Of a DNA stretch of 64,000 bases, positions 1 through 12,371 are shown piece by piece. The notes beneath the pieces are model-generated. The model did no database searches, was not told the DNA's origin, and saw only the letters and a program-made list of their open reading frames with translations. Each line of letters begins with the position of its first letter. Within the stretch, counting starts at the first letter, position 1. The position numbers were made by a program, and so were the translations under genes. The DNA comes from Octopus bimaculoides (Eukaryota). The DNA is taken from positions 61,547,573-61,611,572 of the forward strand of contig NC_068983.1 in NCBI RefSeq assembly GCF_001194135.2, in the 5' to 3' direction.

Positions 1-346
1 TGGGGGCGGACCCGCATGATCTTTGTAACGGAAGGAACGTGACGGCATACGCGGATGACGTCACCATCATCGTGTCAGACGAAGGGCGTCTACCTCACTT
101 AAAGGACGCCACCAAAAGATACGAGACGGTAGCAGGGGCGAAAATTAACCAGGAAAAATCAGTCGGCTTGCAACTCGGCACCTGGAGAGGCAAGTCGATG
201 CCTCCCAACAGCGTCGTCGGGCGCTGGACGGAGGGCCCGGTTAAAATGCTCGGGGTCTGGTTTGGACCGGACCTCCAGGTGGAGAAGAACTGGAGTGAGG
301 TGACGAGCAAGGTGACAGCCGTAGCCCAGAAGTGGTCTGGGAGGAG
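1..346 (+). mobile_element. L1/Tx1-clade LINE reverse transcriptase fragment
   Basis: GC-rich open frame with YADDV catalytic motif followed by GAKINQEKS and VKMLGVWFG (RT domains 5-7), typical of Tx1/L1. Ends abruptly at the Gypsy LTR sequence. Confidence 0.85.
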
Positions 347-438
347 GACACCTTATTTATAATAACTAACTCATACCACTTGTCACGTGGAAGGGGTGTA
401 CTATTATTACTATTATCCCACAACATCTCCCCCTTTAA
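347..438 (-). mobile_element. Polypurine tract and truncated 3' LTR of the Gypsy element
   Basis: Minus strand reads CTTAAAGGGGGAGA (PPT, 426-439) immediately followed by TGTTG (LTR start at 425). TATAAATA lies ~65 bp inside. LTR cut at ~347. Confidence 0.75.
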
Positions 439-1915
439 GTTTTTCTTTTTTTCTTAGAGAGTGTCATTTTATTTCTTTATCACCCCCACCTCTCTTTTTT
501 GAATTTTTTTCTTAGTTACACATTTAATATTTTTTCCATTTGGCATCTACTTCTAGGAACGCTATACATTTTCTTACACTTGTGCGTCAAGGTTCAATCA
601 CCTGTGGTGGCATTGTACTTGAAAAGTATCATATAAACATTCCGTTAGTTCTTCCATTCTCTTGGGTTCACTCTCAACAAATCTTTTTTTTAGTTAGTTC
701 ATTTGTCTCTTGCAGACGCGTTTTCTACTTTTTACCAAATATAGCATTTTTCTTATGCGTTTGTTAATCACGCCATCTTCTCAACTCTGTTTTCCATTCT
801 TATATGTTCTTACAAATACATTTTCACCAATTTTGAAAAATCTTGCTGTATTTTCCATTGCAATTTTTCTTCTCTTGCCTGGTAGCGATTTGTCGAAGAA
901 TGGTTTTATTTTCTTCGCATTAATCAGTTCCGCTGGTGACATACCTGCCGGTGTATTTGAATTTGGTGTCACACGGTATACTCTTAAGAATTGCTGTAGA
1001 GCTACTTCATCCATGACTTCCTTATTTGACTTTCTTAGGGCTGTCTTGAATATATCTACAAAGCATTTGGCTTGTCCGTTAGATCTGGGTGAGTATGGCG
1101 CCGTAGTTACATGTTCTACAGTAAACGTTTTACAGAACTTTTTAAATTCAAGACATAAATTGCATTCGATTGTCAGATACTATAGCGTCTGGGATGCCAA
1201 ATCTCGGAAAACAGCTCATGTAAAAAAATTATTACTGTTGAGGAGGTTGGGTTTTTACACTAGAAACTATCAACTACCACTAAGTAGTATGAGCCGTTTA
1301 AAAGATGAACGAAATCAATGTGTAGTCTCGACTACGGAACATTTACTTTTGGCCAAGGTTCACTTTTTATCATCGGTAATTTTGCTGCTAGAGCACATCC
1401 TCTACAGCTTTTCACCAAATTTTCGATTTCTGTATCCATTTTTGACCAGTATTCATAGCTGCGCATTAAAACTTTCGTCCTCAGAATACCAAGATGTCTA
1501 AAATGAAATTCTCTCAACATTTTCTTTCGTAGTGTTTCAAGTATCATTACTCTCTGTGCATAAATCAGTACGCCACCACAAATTGAGTATAGGTTCATGT
1601 CTTGGTTTTGTTTCGCACCAATCCTGTTCCTATTTACTTTTCCTGACAACAGTGTTCTTTTCACTTCTCTTATGAATTTGTCTTTTACCACATTTCACTT
1701 TATGTCCCCTAGGGTTACTGGTAATTCGCATACCACATTCCTCACCACATTTTTTAAATTTCTCCCTCTGCTCTTAAAGCTGCGATTACTGTATCTTTGA
1801 ATGGCTCGCAGTATTTCGGTATCAGTCTGGAAATACCATCTGCATGCCCTAGGTTTTTGACGGTAAATATTCCATTTTGTAGCCATAATTCAATATTGTA
1901 GTGCCCCATCGTTGT

Positions 1916-2476
1916 TTAGTGGGTCACCAATTTAGTGTAAACGGTCAGTAATTTAGAGTAAGTGTTCTGTGATTTAATGCATGAAGAGTGTCCATGAGAG
2001 AATCCATTGCAGTGTGCTTTCAATAAGTGTGAATAAAGAATGTTCAGAAGGCAGTTCATTTGAACTTTATTTAAATAAAACGAGTGCTGGCAAGTAGTAA
2101 CAATGATTAATCTGTATATGCATGTGAATCATCTACATGTGTGTGTGAGACAGGAAAGATCTCATAACTTACTTTTAACACAGAAGGGTTATGTGGAAGC
2201 TGCTCTAAGCTAATAAGAGAAAGAATGTATCGTTCATTTTGAAGCAGACTTGTAGCTGATATAATTCACACGAGTTGTACGAAGTTGGTGGTGAACACAA
2301 AATTCGTTGCATTTCAAAGAAAGAGATGTTGCTTATAGGCTGTCAATTCATCAACTAGTTTGAAACTGCTACTTCACTGTTAAGGCAGATCACTGCCGTG
2401 TTTTTATTCATATGCCTCTAGTTCTGTTTCACTGGAGTCTGCCACAGCACAACTGAACTATGCCTGACTCGCTACA
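1916..2476 (-). mobile_element. 561-bp LTR-like insertion within the Gypsy RNase H, with 5-bp TSD
   Basis: GTTGT at 1911-1915 and 2477-2481 flanks the insert; removing it restores ...NRLQRWGTTILNY. Minus strand starts TGTAGCG and ends ...TTTACA-CTAAA-TTGGTGACCC (PBS-like). Confidence 0.7.
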
Positions 2477-3249
2477 GTTGTAATCTATTTGCTGTGTATG
2501 TTGGTATTCCTTTTTTAGGACTGTATATTGACAGTAGTGGGTGATGATCTGTTTGTAGACAGAACGTCTTCAATGAACAAACCTATGAATTTTTTCACAC
2601 CGAATAAGATTGCAAACACTTCCTTTTCTATCTGACTATAGTTCCTTTCAACTGGTAATAACAATAGTGACGCATGGGCTATAGCCTTTTTACTCCTATC
2701 ACCATATTTGTGCAGAAACACAGCTCCTACACCATACTTACTCGCATCTGTAACCAATATAATATCCAGCTTTGGATCAAAATGTGTTAAAGATAAGTTC
2801 GATGTTAAAATGCTTTTTAACTTGTCAAATGCCTTCTAGCACTTATCAGTCCAACATCATTTTGTATTTTTCTTTAATAGAGTGGGGTCCTTACCTTATG
2901 TATATTGGGAATGTTAATTTGGTAATAATTTACTAAACCCAAGAATGCTTGTAACATAGTCACATTATTCATCGTGGGTATATTTTTTTTATCACAGTTG
3001 TTCTGGATGGATCCAGTTTCCATCCGTTTTTATCTATTATCTGGCCCAAGCATTTAATTTTTTATAAAGAACTCGCATTTTTCTTCCATTAACTTGAAAA
3101 AGTATTCTCTAATCTTCTCAAATACCCTTTTAACGTGTTCTACATGTTGTTCATGTGATTCACTATTTTTTAGAATATCGTCTAAATAGGCGATGGCAAA
3201 ATCACAGTCACTCGGCATTGTATCCATTATTTGCTAAAATATGGAAGGC

Positions 3250-3561
3250 GCCTATAATTGTAGGGTCACTCGGAGCACTAACAGCCAAGTTTGAGAAATA
3301 TATCAAAGAAATCGGAATTGACATGAGAGCAGAGCAAGCCCCCAAAACTGCTCTGTTTGGGACAGCTAGAATTTTGAGATTGGTACTTGGATGTTGAATG
3401 TCTCCCATGAAAATTACCAACCAAGTATCAAAGCTTATAATGTGCAGAAAGAGACCCTGTGAGACCTCTGACAACAGGCTGTTGTCCGCTCTCACAGAAT
3501 CTACCAGAACAAACAAGACCGGATGTTCTGAGAAGTAAAATGTTAATAATAATAATAGTAA
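3250..3561 (+). mobile_element. 3' end of R4/Dong-type (RLE) LINE with (TAA)n tail
   Basis: PIIVGSLG...KTALFGTARILRLVL C-terminal motif, short 3' UTR, TAA repeats at 3544-3561. Confidence 0.8.
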
Positions 3562-4019
3562 TGAAAAAAACAGGCATTGGAGGGGCGATGCATACCCTGC
3601 GCACAGATATTTTCTTTTTACAAATTATAGTGTGGCTTACAATGTGTTGCTTACCCATGATTTTTAATTGAACTAAGTTAATTTTTTTAAGTATCACCAT
3701 TATATGTATTTATACTCCGGTGAAATTAAGAAATTAACTTGTAAATAAACGAAACCCTCGAATCCATCAGTGTACATACACACACCCACACACATCCATA
3801 TGTATGTATGTATGTATGTACCCACATGTGTCTACGCTCATAGGTACACCATGATCTATATACGCGCAGATGAGGGTCAATTCATATGAAAAAGCAAGTG
3901 GACAAAATAATATGACCACTGGGAAATTTTTTTTATGGTAATGAGTATTTCTGCCGTTTTCCAGTAATTTTACAAAAACACTGACAAACAAAGACGAGTG
4001 ATTACAATACCATTCTTTA

Positions 4020-4240
4020 ACTTACGTTTCAAAGTTTTGGCATATGGCCAGCAATTTTGGAGAAAGAAGGTAAGTTGATTACTGCAGTCCCAGTGCTCAA
4101 CTGGTATTTATTTTATTGAATCCGAAAGGACAAAAGTCAAAGTCGACCTTGGTGTAATTTTAGCTCAAAACATAAAACCGGAAAAGATGCTGCTGAGCAT
4201 TTTGTCCGGCATGCTAACTATTCTGCCAGGTTGCTGCCGC
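4020..4240 (-). mobile_element. tRNA-derived SINE (Meta-domain-like family), degenerate
   Basis: Reverse-complement similarity to the better copy at 32560-32795. Confidence 0.75.
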
Positions 4241-4399
4241 CAAAAAACAACGATAGCAGTTCTATCTGTTATAGGCATAATGATGTATTGTTTATGCCGA
4301 GGCCATATTGTTAATGTTTCTAGACTTTTTTAGTCTCATGTGAACAATATAGACCGTAGTTGGCATGGGTAAGAATGTGATTAGTGCAGACTTTACGAC

Positions 4400-4570
4400 A
4401 AGAATTCGGTATTTCGTCCATCATTATGTTAAAATTCCGCCGAGGTCGACTTTGCCTTTTCTCCTTTTGGGATTGATAAGTAACATTTGAATATTTCCGA
4501 GAAAAATATGTTTTATTCACTGGACTGCAGCCACTCTGGGGCACTGCATCGAAAGATTTAGTCAAATAAA
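4400..4570 (+). mobile_element. tRNA-derived SINE fragment (same family)
   Basis: aaattccgccgaggtcgactttgcctt...gggattgataag matches the family core. Confidence 0.65.
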
Positions 4571-4574
4571 TGTC

Positions 4575-4767
4575 CTCTGCTTTGTGTTTCTTTCAATTAC
4601 TTTAAACATAACAAAGAATTTAGTAAAATAATTTCTTTATTATTCAGCTAGGAACATAAATTGTGACTAAGGTTTGATGGAAGATTTTAATTCAAAACTT
4701 GTGAAAATAAGACATTTGTACTCAGGGCCAGAGCCGGTTTCAGCCGGGTTGGTAACAAAAGGGTTAA
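4575..4767. mobile_element. piggyBac-type MITE, left end missing
   Basis: Ends TGGTAACAAAAGGG-TTAA; body similar to 42248-42469. Confidence 0.65.
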
Positions 4768-4787
4768 AACAAAAAAATATGTGTTCA

Positions 4788-5245
4788 TTGACTATCTTCA
4801 AAATGATCACACCCTCAATGGAAAGTTCAATGCCAACTTGTTAAAGCAATTATGAAAGGCTATCAAGATCAAACACCCAGAAAAACTGATGAATGGGGTC
4901 TTGTTTCATTAGGACAATACTTTAGAAAAAGAGTCCTTGGTTTCAATGGCTGCTGCGTGTGACTGGCTATGTTAATGATTTGGTTCCATCTGGTTATCAT
5001 CTGTTTCCCAACATAGAAAAACACTCAACTGGGTACCAGTATCACTGTAATGATGACATCTTATCTGCTGTTGATGACCATTTTGACCAACAGAATAGCT
5101 CCTTCAACCAGTGCAATTCAAGCACTGCAACTACTTATGGAATTGTGTGGACAGTAAGAGGAACTACGTTAAAAAATGAACTTCATTTGGTCACATCTCA
5201 TGAGAGTGTCTTGCTCAGCCTATGAACATTTTAGCTTATCCGCAT
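4788..5245 (+). mobile_element. mariner transposase C-terminal relic
   Basis: GVLFH*DN and DLVPSGYHLFPNIEK (cf. SPDLAPSDYHLF); TIR-like end near 5225-5245. Confidence 0.75.
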
Positions 5246-5549
5246 AACAATAAAAATTATTATACCTGCATTTGCATTAATGCTAACATTGATAAAATCC
5301 AAATTTTTCATAAAATAGTTTGGTCCTGGGTTTGCACCCACTAAAGAAATTTTGTTGCTGGGCCACTGCAAGTGGATACTAAAATAATATTGCTGCTGCT
5401 GCTGATGTTTGGAGATGAAATCATTAAAATATTTCCATCTTCCCTGTTTCAGCTGTTTGATCTCAGAACATCATCAAGTGTCTTATTCATGTGTATGCAC
5501 ATAGCATCTGACTGAATTTGAACAAATAACGTTTTTCTTCATCTTACAG

Positions 5550-5663
5550 CACTGTTTCCACAGTTTCTTTGACTACTACATTGAAACAGACATAACACAA
5601 ATGGTTGATGCTTTAGTTTACTCATTATTCAAGCCTGAGAATCTGTTAAAATATTGTTCTTAA
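5550..5663 (+). other. Candidate terminal coding exon (unassigned)
   Basis: Acceptor tttttcttcatcttacag, then open frame HCFHSFFDYYIETDITQMVDALVYSLFKPENLLKYCS*. No partner exon or homology recognised. Confidence 0.2.
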
Positions 5664-6839
5664 AATTCCTGTCACGTTTTTGCATTTTAGTGTGATAGAA
5701 TAATGAAAGAATGGTACTAAATTCTTGTGTAAACTTTTATATTTTTCTCAACTGGAATTAAATTAACTCTAATTAAGGAATCAGAATTGATCTATTGTTT
5801 TTATAACAACGTTTTTAAGCCATCACAATCTTTAGCAGTAAATCATGATAATCACAAGTAACATCAACAGCAGCATCAGCAGCAATACAACCACCACCAC
5901 CACCACTGCCACTTCCACTGCTGCTGTCACCAGCACCACCACCACCAGTGCTACTATCACTTCCACCACCACATTCAGGTTAGGGTGAGTGGGTGGGTAA
6001 GTTTGCAAGATTGTGATAGGAGAGGAGGTGGAAGGGAAGCCCACTAATATCTCCTTCCCAGATATAATGCACTGAGAACCACATTATATAATATAATCTT
6101 TTTTTATAAGATGATTTGGTGTGGATTGAGAAAGATTTGACTAATATTTTTGGTAGGTTAAGAATATTATTTTGGTTAAGACTCTTAGAGATTAAGTCTC
6201 ATGAGGATGGATATTTATTTACTCTTTTTCTTTAAAAGAAATAGTCTAATATAGACTGTGGTATATGAAATAGACCAAAAAGTCATGTCTGGAACATCCT
6301 TGATCACAGGTCTGCTGGATCTAGAGACAAATGATAAAAAATTACATTATCCTTTCTACTTTGTCTCATTTTCAACTCAGCTTTTCTCCTTGTGTTCAAT
6401 GTAAAGCCATGGAATTGGTACTTGCCAATTATGAGTTTGAGTCCAGATTTTCTGAATTTGAGAACTACCTTAGCTTATCCTAGACTGATAACTTGATTAC
6501 CAGATTAATTCAAGAACAAAAGCAGCAACTGATCCTAGTACGAATTATTAGCAGTTGACTGAAAGTTTCTATAACTGTTTGTTGGCTCATCAATAATAGT
6601 TTAACCATTATGATACCAGGCCATTTGAGACTGCCTGTCATTGGGTTGGTCAAGAAGTCTGTTCAGTTTTAGGCAACATTAAACTTCCAGGACTTTAATA
6701 AGTAACTAATTCCAGTCTGTCCCTTTTGCCTGTACACTCATTAAATACTTGACATTTCAATGTAGTTCAATGCAAACTTGTGACAAGACAGGTTGTATTT
6801 TATGTGCTTGGTATCATCCTGAAAATGGAGATCCAAAAC

Positions 6840-7805
6840 GAACATTATCAACCCCTCATGCCTTTTTATTCTAAAATGGCAAAAAAGTAGTGGAAACCTG
6901 CAAGAATATATGAGCAGGGAAATTGTTCATTTCAACTTGCACCTCACTCTGGTTGGCCAACTGAGATTAATAGCAACAACATGAAGTCAGTCAACACCAA
7001 CCCCTGTTATACAACTAGGATGATCGCTGATATTCTCAACATATCCAAATCAAGTGTTGATAACCTTCTGCATCAGCAGGTTCAATGTTTGGGTCCCACA
7101 TCAACTGAATGAAGCTAACTTCAACTAATGGATTTCCATTTGCAATTCATTGCAGAAACATTGAAGAAAAATTATTCTTTTTTTTAAGTGATTAATGGCA
7201 GGGAATGAAAAGTGGATCATCTATAACAATGTGAAATGCAAACAATCATGGAGGATGCATGGAGAACCACTACAAACAACCTTCAAAGCAGGACTTCACC
7301 TGAAGAAAGTTATGCTTTCAATTTGGAGGGACTGGAAAAGTGTTGTCTTTTCTGAGCTTCTCCCCATGGATAAGACCATCACTTCAGATGTGTACAGTGA
7401 CTAGTCGGATAATTTAAATGCAACGATTTACCAGAAGCATCCCGCACTTACTGATTGTAAGGGCATCGTCTTTCATCATGTTAATGCCAGACCACACACT
7501 TCTTTGCAGACATGGTAGAAGTTGCTGGGGCTTGACTGGAAAGTTTTTCTGCACTCTCCATATTTACCCAACCTTTCACCTTCAGATTTTCACCTGTCCA
7601 TTGAATGTCCAGATCTTCAACACTGAAGAAGAATAATAAAGACAGGGAATTCTTTGAACAGGGAATAATGGATTTGCTCACAATATGGCAGAAGACACTG
7701 GAAGAAAACAGCAATAATATCATTGACTGAATAAATCACTTTGTGTTTAAAACTTGTGTCATATTTTTGTTCCAAAAATCGAAGACTTTTTGGTTAAGCA
7801 AATAT
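6840..7805 (+). mobile_element. Degenerate mariner (Mos1/Hsmar1-like) element
   Basis: WVPHQL, GNEKWIIYNN, KKVMLSIW, FHHVNARPHTS and SPYLPNLSPSDFHL motifs with frameshifts; TIR-like 3' end at ~7780-7805. Confidence 0.88.
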
Positions 7806-8927
7806 AATGCAAGAATTCTTGTTTAAAACAAATGTTGTTTCAATTTAAAACTTATAATCTCTATGTAAGAACCTGTTATCAAGTTATGTACCAAACTTTA
7901 TTTTTATAACAAAAATATAAAAGATTTTTATAAATCTTTCAGTTTCAATTATTTGCAAAATTAATTGAAGCACATACACAATGTATTTCATTAAAAATAC
8001 AGGCTTAAAAGGGTTTAAATTCTGCCTAAACAGTGTCTTGGTAAAAATCCTGCTTTAAGATTATTAATTTTATTCAGAGTAGAGACTTGTTTTCTCACTT
8101 TGCAAATGTTCTTCTTTATGCTATGCATGCACTTGAACTTTGGCGATCAGTGTCAGAAAAAAAGTTAGCTGGTACATGAAAATTTAATTGTATTTGTTTA
8201 AAACATGGCTACATATTTTGTATTCACTGTGCATCTTTAAAATAACAGGGAAACCCTGTGTAAAATTGTCAAAACATTTTAAGCATTAGCAAGGACTCAT
8301 TTCAGAAATTAACAGCAATCTGATGAGCCAGCAACATTAATAAAATCATTTTCATTTCATTTTTGGCACCACATGTATGTTACATTAAATAGTTATCATC
8401 ATTAATCACCACCCCATCATCATCATCATCATCATTTTGTTTTGGCATCATTGTTGCTATTATTATTGTTCTCTTCTTTTTCTGTATGTTGGTTATTATA
8501 ATGAAAATAATCAGTATCAAGCTAGTGATGAGGATTTACATGCAGTAACAACAGGTGCAACATTTTCATTAGTTGAGTGGTAAGAGATGTTGATAAATAT
8601 GATGATGATGATGATGATGATGATAGTGGTTGTGGGGAAGATGATAACACTAAAATGTGGTGGATGAAAATAATGATTGTTTTTAGGAAGAGAGCTGATT
8701 AAACTGACACCAGTGTGTGACTGACACTTATCTAATGAACACCCACCAACAAAAAGATGAAAGACCAAATTGATCTTGATGAAAACTGAATGTAGAACAT
8801 AAAGATTACCATTTCAACCTATGAGTATCACTAATGAGTGAAATGCTTTTAGGAATATCTACAGATATCTAAAGAAATCCAGCTTCCCAGAACCTGTTAG
8901 GGACATACACAGTCACTAGACTGAATG

Positions 8928-9218
8928 CACTGTTCTTCTTTCATCTTGCACATCTGCAACAGCAACACCCATTACAATCTCTAACTGCTAACTCCAACAT
9001 ATATCATAATGCAAACAGGTTACACTGGCAACCAACACCTTAACAACAACTATTACATACCTATATAAGCAGGTTGAAAGAGACAAGCACAGATTAAAAT
9101 TATGTTATATAACTTTGGTACTACCCACTTTGTATAACTGAAATGCATTAATTTTGACCATTTTACCTTCAGATGATTGGAGCTAACAGCACAGGTGCAA
9201 GATGAAAGAAGAACAGTG
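8928..9218. repeat. Perfect 24-bp inverted repeat with 243-bp spacer
   Basis: CACTGTTCTTCTTTCATCTTGCAC (8928-8951) vs GTGCAAGATGAAAGAAGAACAGTG (9195-9218). Confidence 0.9.
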
Positions 9219-11029
9219 ATCGAAGTTGTAAAGAAATATTTATTTACCATTACTTAATATAATGCCATACCTCAATGGGCAGGTATGATATAATTGAAAG
9301 AGCATGCGAAGTTAAGAAAGTTAATTTCAGCCTGTATGTGTGTACACGTTCTCATAGTAGTAGTCCATAAATAGTGATAGAATGACGTTGTAAGAAAAAA
9401 GAAATCGAGGAAGTGAAAGTTATAGAGTTGAGGGAAGTTGTGTCTCATGGTCGCTGATTGTAACTTTCTCTTTCCCTCTGGCCGTTTGGTCTCAAGTGGC
9501 TGCATGCTTGTGACTATGACTCTAGTTGTCTGTTCACTAACTGATGGTCGCTCTCACTAACTGATTTTGCCTTACCAAATTCTAGTATTTATAACTATCC
9601 AAAACCAGCTAGAAGGAGAGACATATTGTTGAGAACAATGAATTTCGTTGGTGGTCAGTTATCTCTATTCTAGCTTTTGGTGGCCTAGAAGAGGTTAGAA
9701 GGGTCAAGTGGCAAAGACATTATTTTGCTTAGCGAAAGCATCTGGCAAATGTAATAGCTGTCACTCGCAGAAAAACTATTGTCTTACTGTGAGAAAAGTG
9801 CTGTTGAACTTTGTGCTAAGTGAACTTTGGCAATTGAGGATCGAATCCATGCTATGCCTGCATGAAGCCACTACAGGTATTTCATCAATACTAGTTTCTA
9901 GCATAACACAAGACTATACGCTTTATAGGAGAATTTTCAGTGATTGAAATGAGAAACAAAGGAAGCTTCTAAAACATTTATATTTCAGATGCAAAGACCT
10001 ATCTCCAGAACAAAATAGTTAAAGAAAAATGCATTTACACAGATCTTGTGATTTTGGATTGCCCATGTTATTCTGAAGATAGTCCTTCACGTCTGAGTTT
10101 CTAAAACTTTCTGCAATGTTAGATGCATTCTTTATTTCTCATTTTATTAAATTTTCTACTTCTGTACTACAATACTTCAAGCAAGCTACAATGCACTCCC
10201 AAAAATAAATAAATAAAAATAAAACCAGCATTTGTAGGATTTGAACTCAGAATGGAAAAGAACTGATTAAATTGACTCAAAGTATTTTATGTAGCAAACT
10301 GCCATCCACCACCATCTGGTCCTTCTCCAATTTAATTATTTCAGGTATATACAGAAAATGCTATTGGAATGGAAATTAAAACTAATCTCTTATTATCATA
10401 TTTAGGCCCCAATAATGAACATTAGTGGATATAGAAGTAGGAAAGGAAGGGAGAAGAAAAGAGAGAGAGAAAGAGAGTGGTGGTGACGGAAGTAGTTAAA
10501 AGAGATTGAGAGAGAGAGAGACAGAAAAATTGATTGCAAAAGAGAGGAAAAATATTTGCTGAAATTATGTTTAATTATGTACACATGTAAATGATTTCCC
10601 TTCAAAATTGATTTTGTTGTCAATATATATGCACATAGAAACACATCTGAATGCAAACTTTGTTGATATAAAATTCATGAACAATGAGGCATATAGACAC
10701 ACATGCAACAACACACACAGAGAAACCCCCCACTAACACACACACACACACACTCTAATTAATGTTCGCAGGGAAAGAGTTGACTGTGACTGTGAAGATT
10801 CAGCTTAGTACCTGTCATCAGACTGTAAGCCAAGACTTTGAGGTTGGTGTTAAATTTTCCTATGTAAAAATTAATATGTACTCAACTAAAAAAGTTAGTG
10901 AGAAATTCTTCAATTTAATGTTGAATTGCTTATATTTATAAATTTACTCTCTTTCTCTCTCTCTCTCTCTCTCTATCTCTATGTATGCCAGCATGGAAAA
11001 TGGACATAAAATGATGATGATGACGATGA

Positions 11030-11064
<35 letters not shown>

Positions 11065-11073
<9 letters not shown>

Positions 11074-11440
11074 GTATGTATAAAGCAAAGACTCCCTTCA
11101 GTCATGAATGACCATGGGATTGCACCTAAAAAGTTACCCCGCAAAGCACAAGTCTGGGCAAGGATGTTTATGGAAGACCAGCAGTCATCCCTGCATGCCA
11201 GCCTCTCCTTTCCATGCCACCGATGTTATCCAAGGGAAAAACAAATGCTGATGCTGATATGGCTCGGCACCAGTGATGTCTCAACTCATTTCTAAAGCTG
11301 AGTGAACTGGAGCAATGTGAAATAAAGTGTCTTGCTCAAGAACACAACACACAGCCTGGTCTGGAAGTTGAACTCATTATCGCATAATTGTGAGCCCAGC
11401 ACTCTAACCAAGGGGCCATGCACCTTCAATAAAGCACGCA
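11065..11440 (-). mobile_element. CORE-like tRNA SINE with LINE-like 3' tail
   Basis: Reverse complement has gagttcaacttcc (B box) and gtgttgtgttcttgagcaagacactttatttcac...ccagttcactcagc (CORE-like). Confidence 0.7.
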
Positions 11441-11454
11441 CGCACACACGTACA

Positions 11455-12100
11455 TTCATCATCATCATCATCATCATTTAACGTCCGCTTTCTATGCTAG
11501 CATGGGTTGGATGATTTGATTGGGAACTGGTGAACCAGATGGCTGCACCATACTCCAATCTGATCTGGCAGAGTTTCTACACCTGGATGCCCTTCCTAAC
11601 ACCAACCACTCCAAGTGTAGTGGGTGCTTTTACGTGCCACCGGCACAAGGCCCAGTCTGGCGGTACTGGCAACGGCCATGCTCAAATGGTGTTTTTTACG
11701 TGCCGCCTGCACAGGAGTCAGTCCAATGTTTTGTTCACATGCCACTGGCACAAGTACCAGTAAGGCGAAGCTGGAAATGATTGCGCTCAAATGGTGCTAT
11801 TTACGTGCCACCGGCACGGAAGCGGGAATGCTGCTCTGGCAGTGATCCCACTCAAATGGTGGTGTTAGCGCTCCACTGGCATGGGTACCAGTCATCGAAT
11901 TTGGTTCAGTTTTGATCTCACTTGCCCCAACAGGTTTTTGCAAGCTGAGTTTAGTGTCCAATGAAGGAAGGTTGGCATGGTTGCCAGTTGTCGAATTTGG
12001 TTCAAATTCGATTTTGATTTCACTTGCCTCAACAGGTCTTCGCAAGCAGGGTTTTGTGTCCAAAGAAGGAAAGGTATGCATAAGTGGGCTGGCTACATTA
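11455..12100 (-). mobile_element. SINE with (GAT)n tail, internal tandem modules and a duplicated ~95-bp segment
   Basis: Tail catcatcat-ttaacgtccgctttc; repeated ggtgcttttacgtgccaccggcac modules; 11890-11980 repeated at 11985-12075. Confidence 0.8.
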
Positions 12101-12251
12101 TATATATTATTATAAACAAGATTAAACTTAGATGTTCTCCTGGGGCTACAAGCTACAGTAGCATTCACCCTTAGTGGTTAGATGCATTTAAGTGGCAAAT
12201 ACACTTCACGTTGTCGTGCAGCTACTGTTTATACATCGTTCAGAGATTCAT

Positions 12252-12371
<120 letters not shown>

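Larger units (their letters stand above)
347..3252 (-). mobile_element. Degenerate Ty3/Gypsy LTR retrotransposon (pol: RT-RNaseH-integrase), 5'-truncated
   Basis: Minus strand: AYLDDIL at ~3175-3190; RNase H VTDASKYGVGAV...NYSQIEKE (2515-2757); integrase zinc-binding H..H/C..C region (1332-1691); core TTAPYSPRSNGQ and YRVTPNS..SPAEL (781-1120). Many stops and frameshifts. Confidence 0.92.

Noticed and set aside
710-1501. 263-aa plus-strand ORF
   Set aside because: Antisense shadow of the Gypsy integrase.
8505-8705. Putative exon YQASDEDLHAVTTGATFSLVEW with donor GTAAGA
   Set aside because: Poor acceptor; the next exon gives an immediate stop; no homology recognised.
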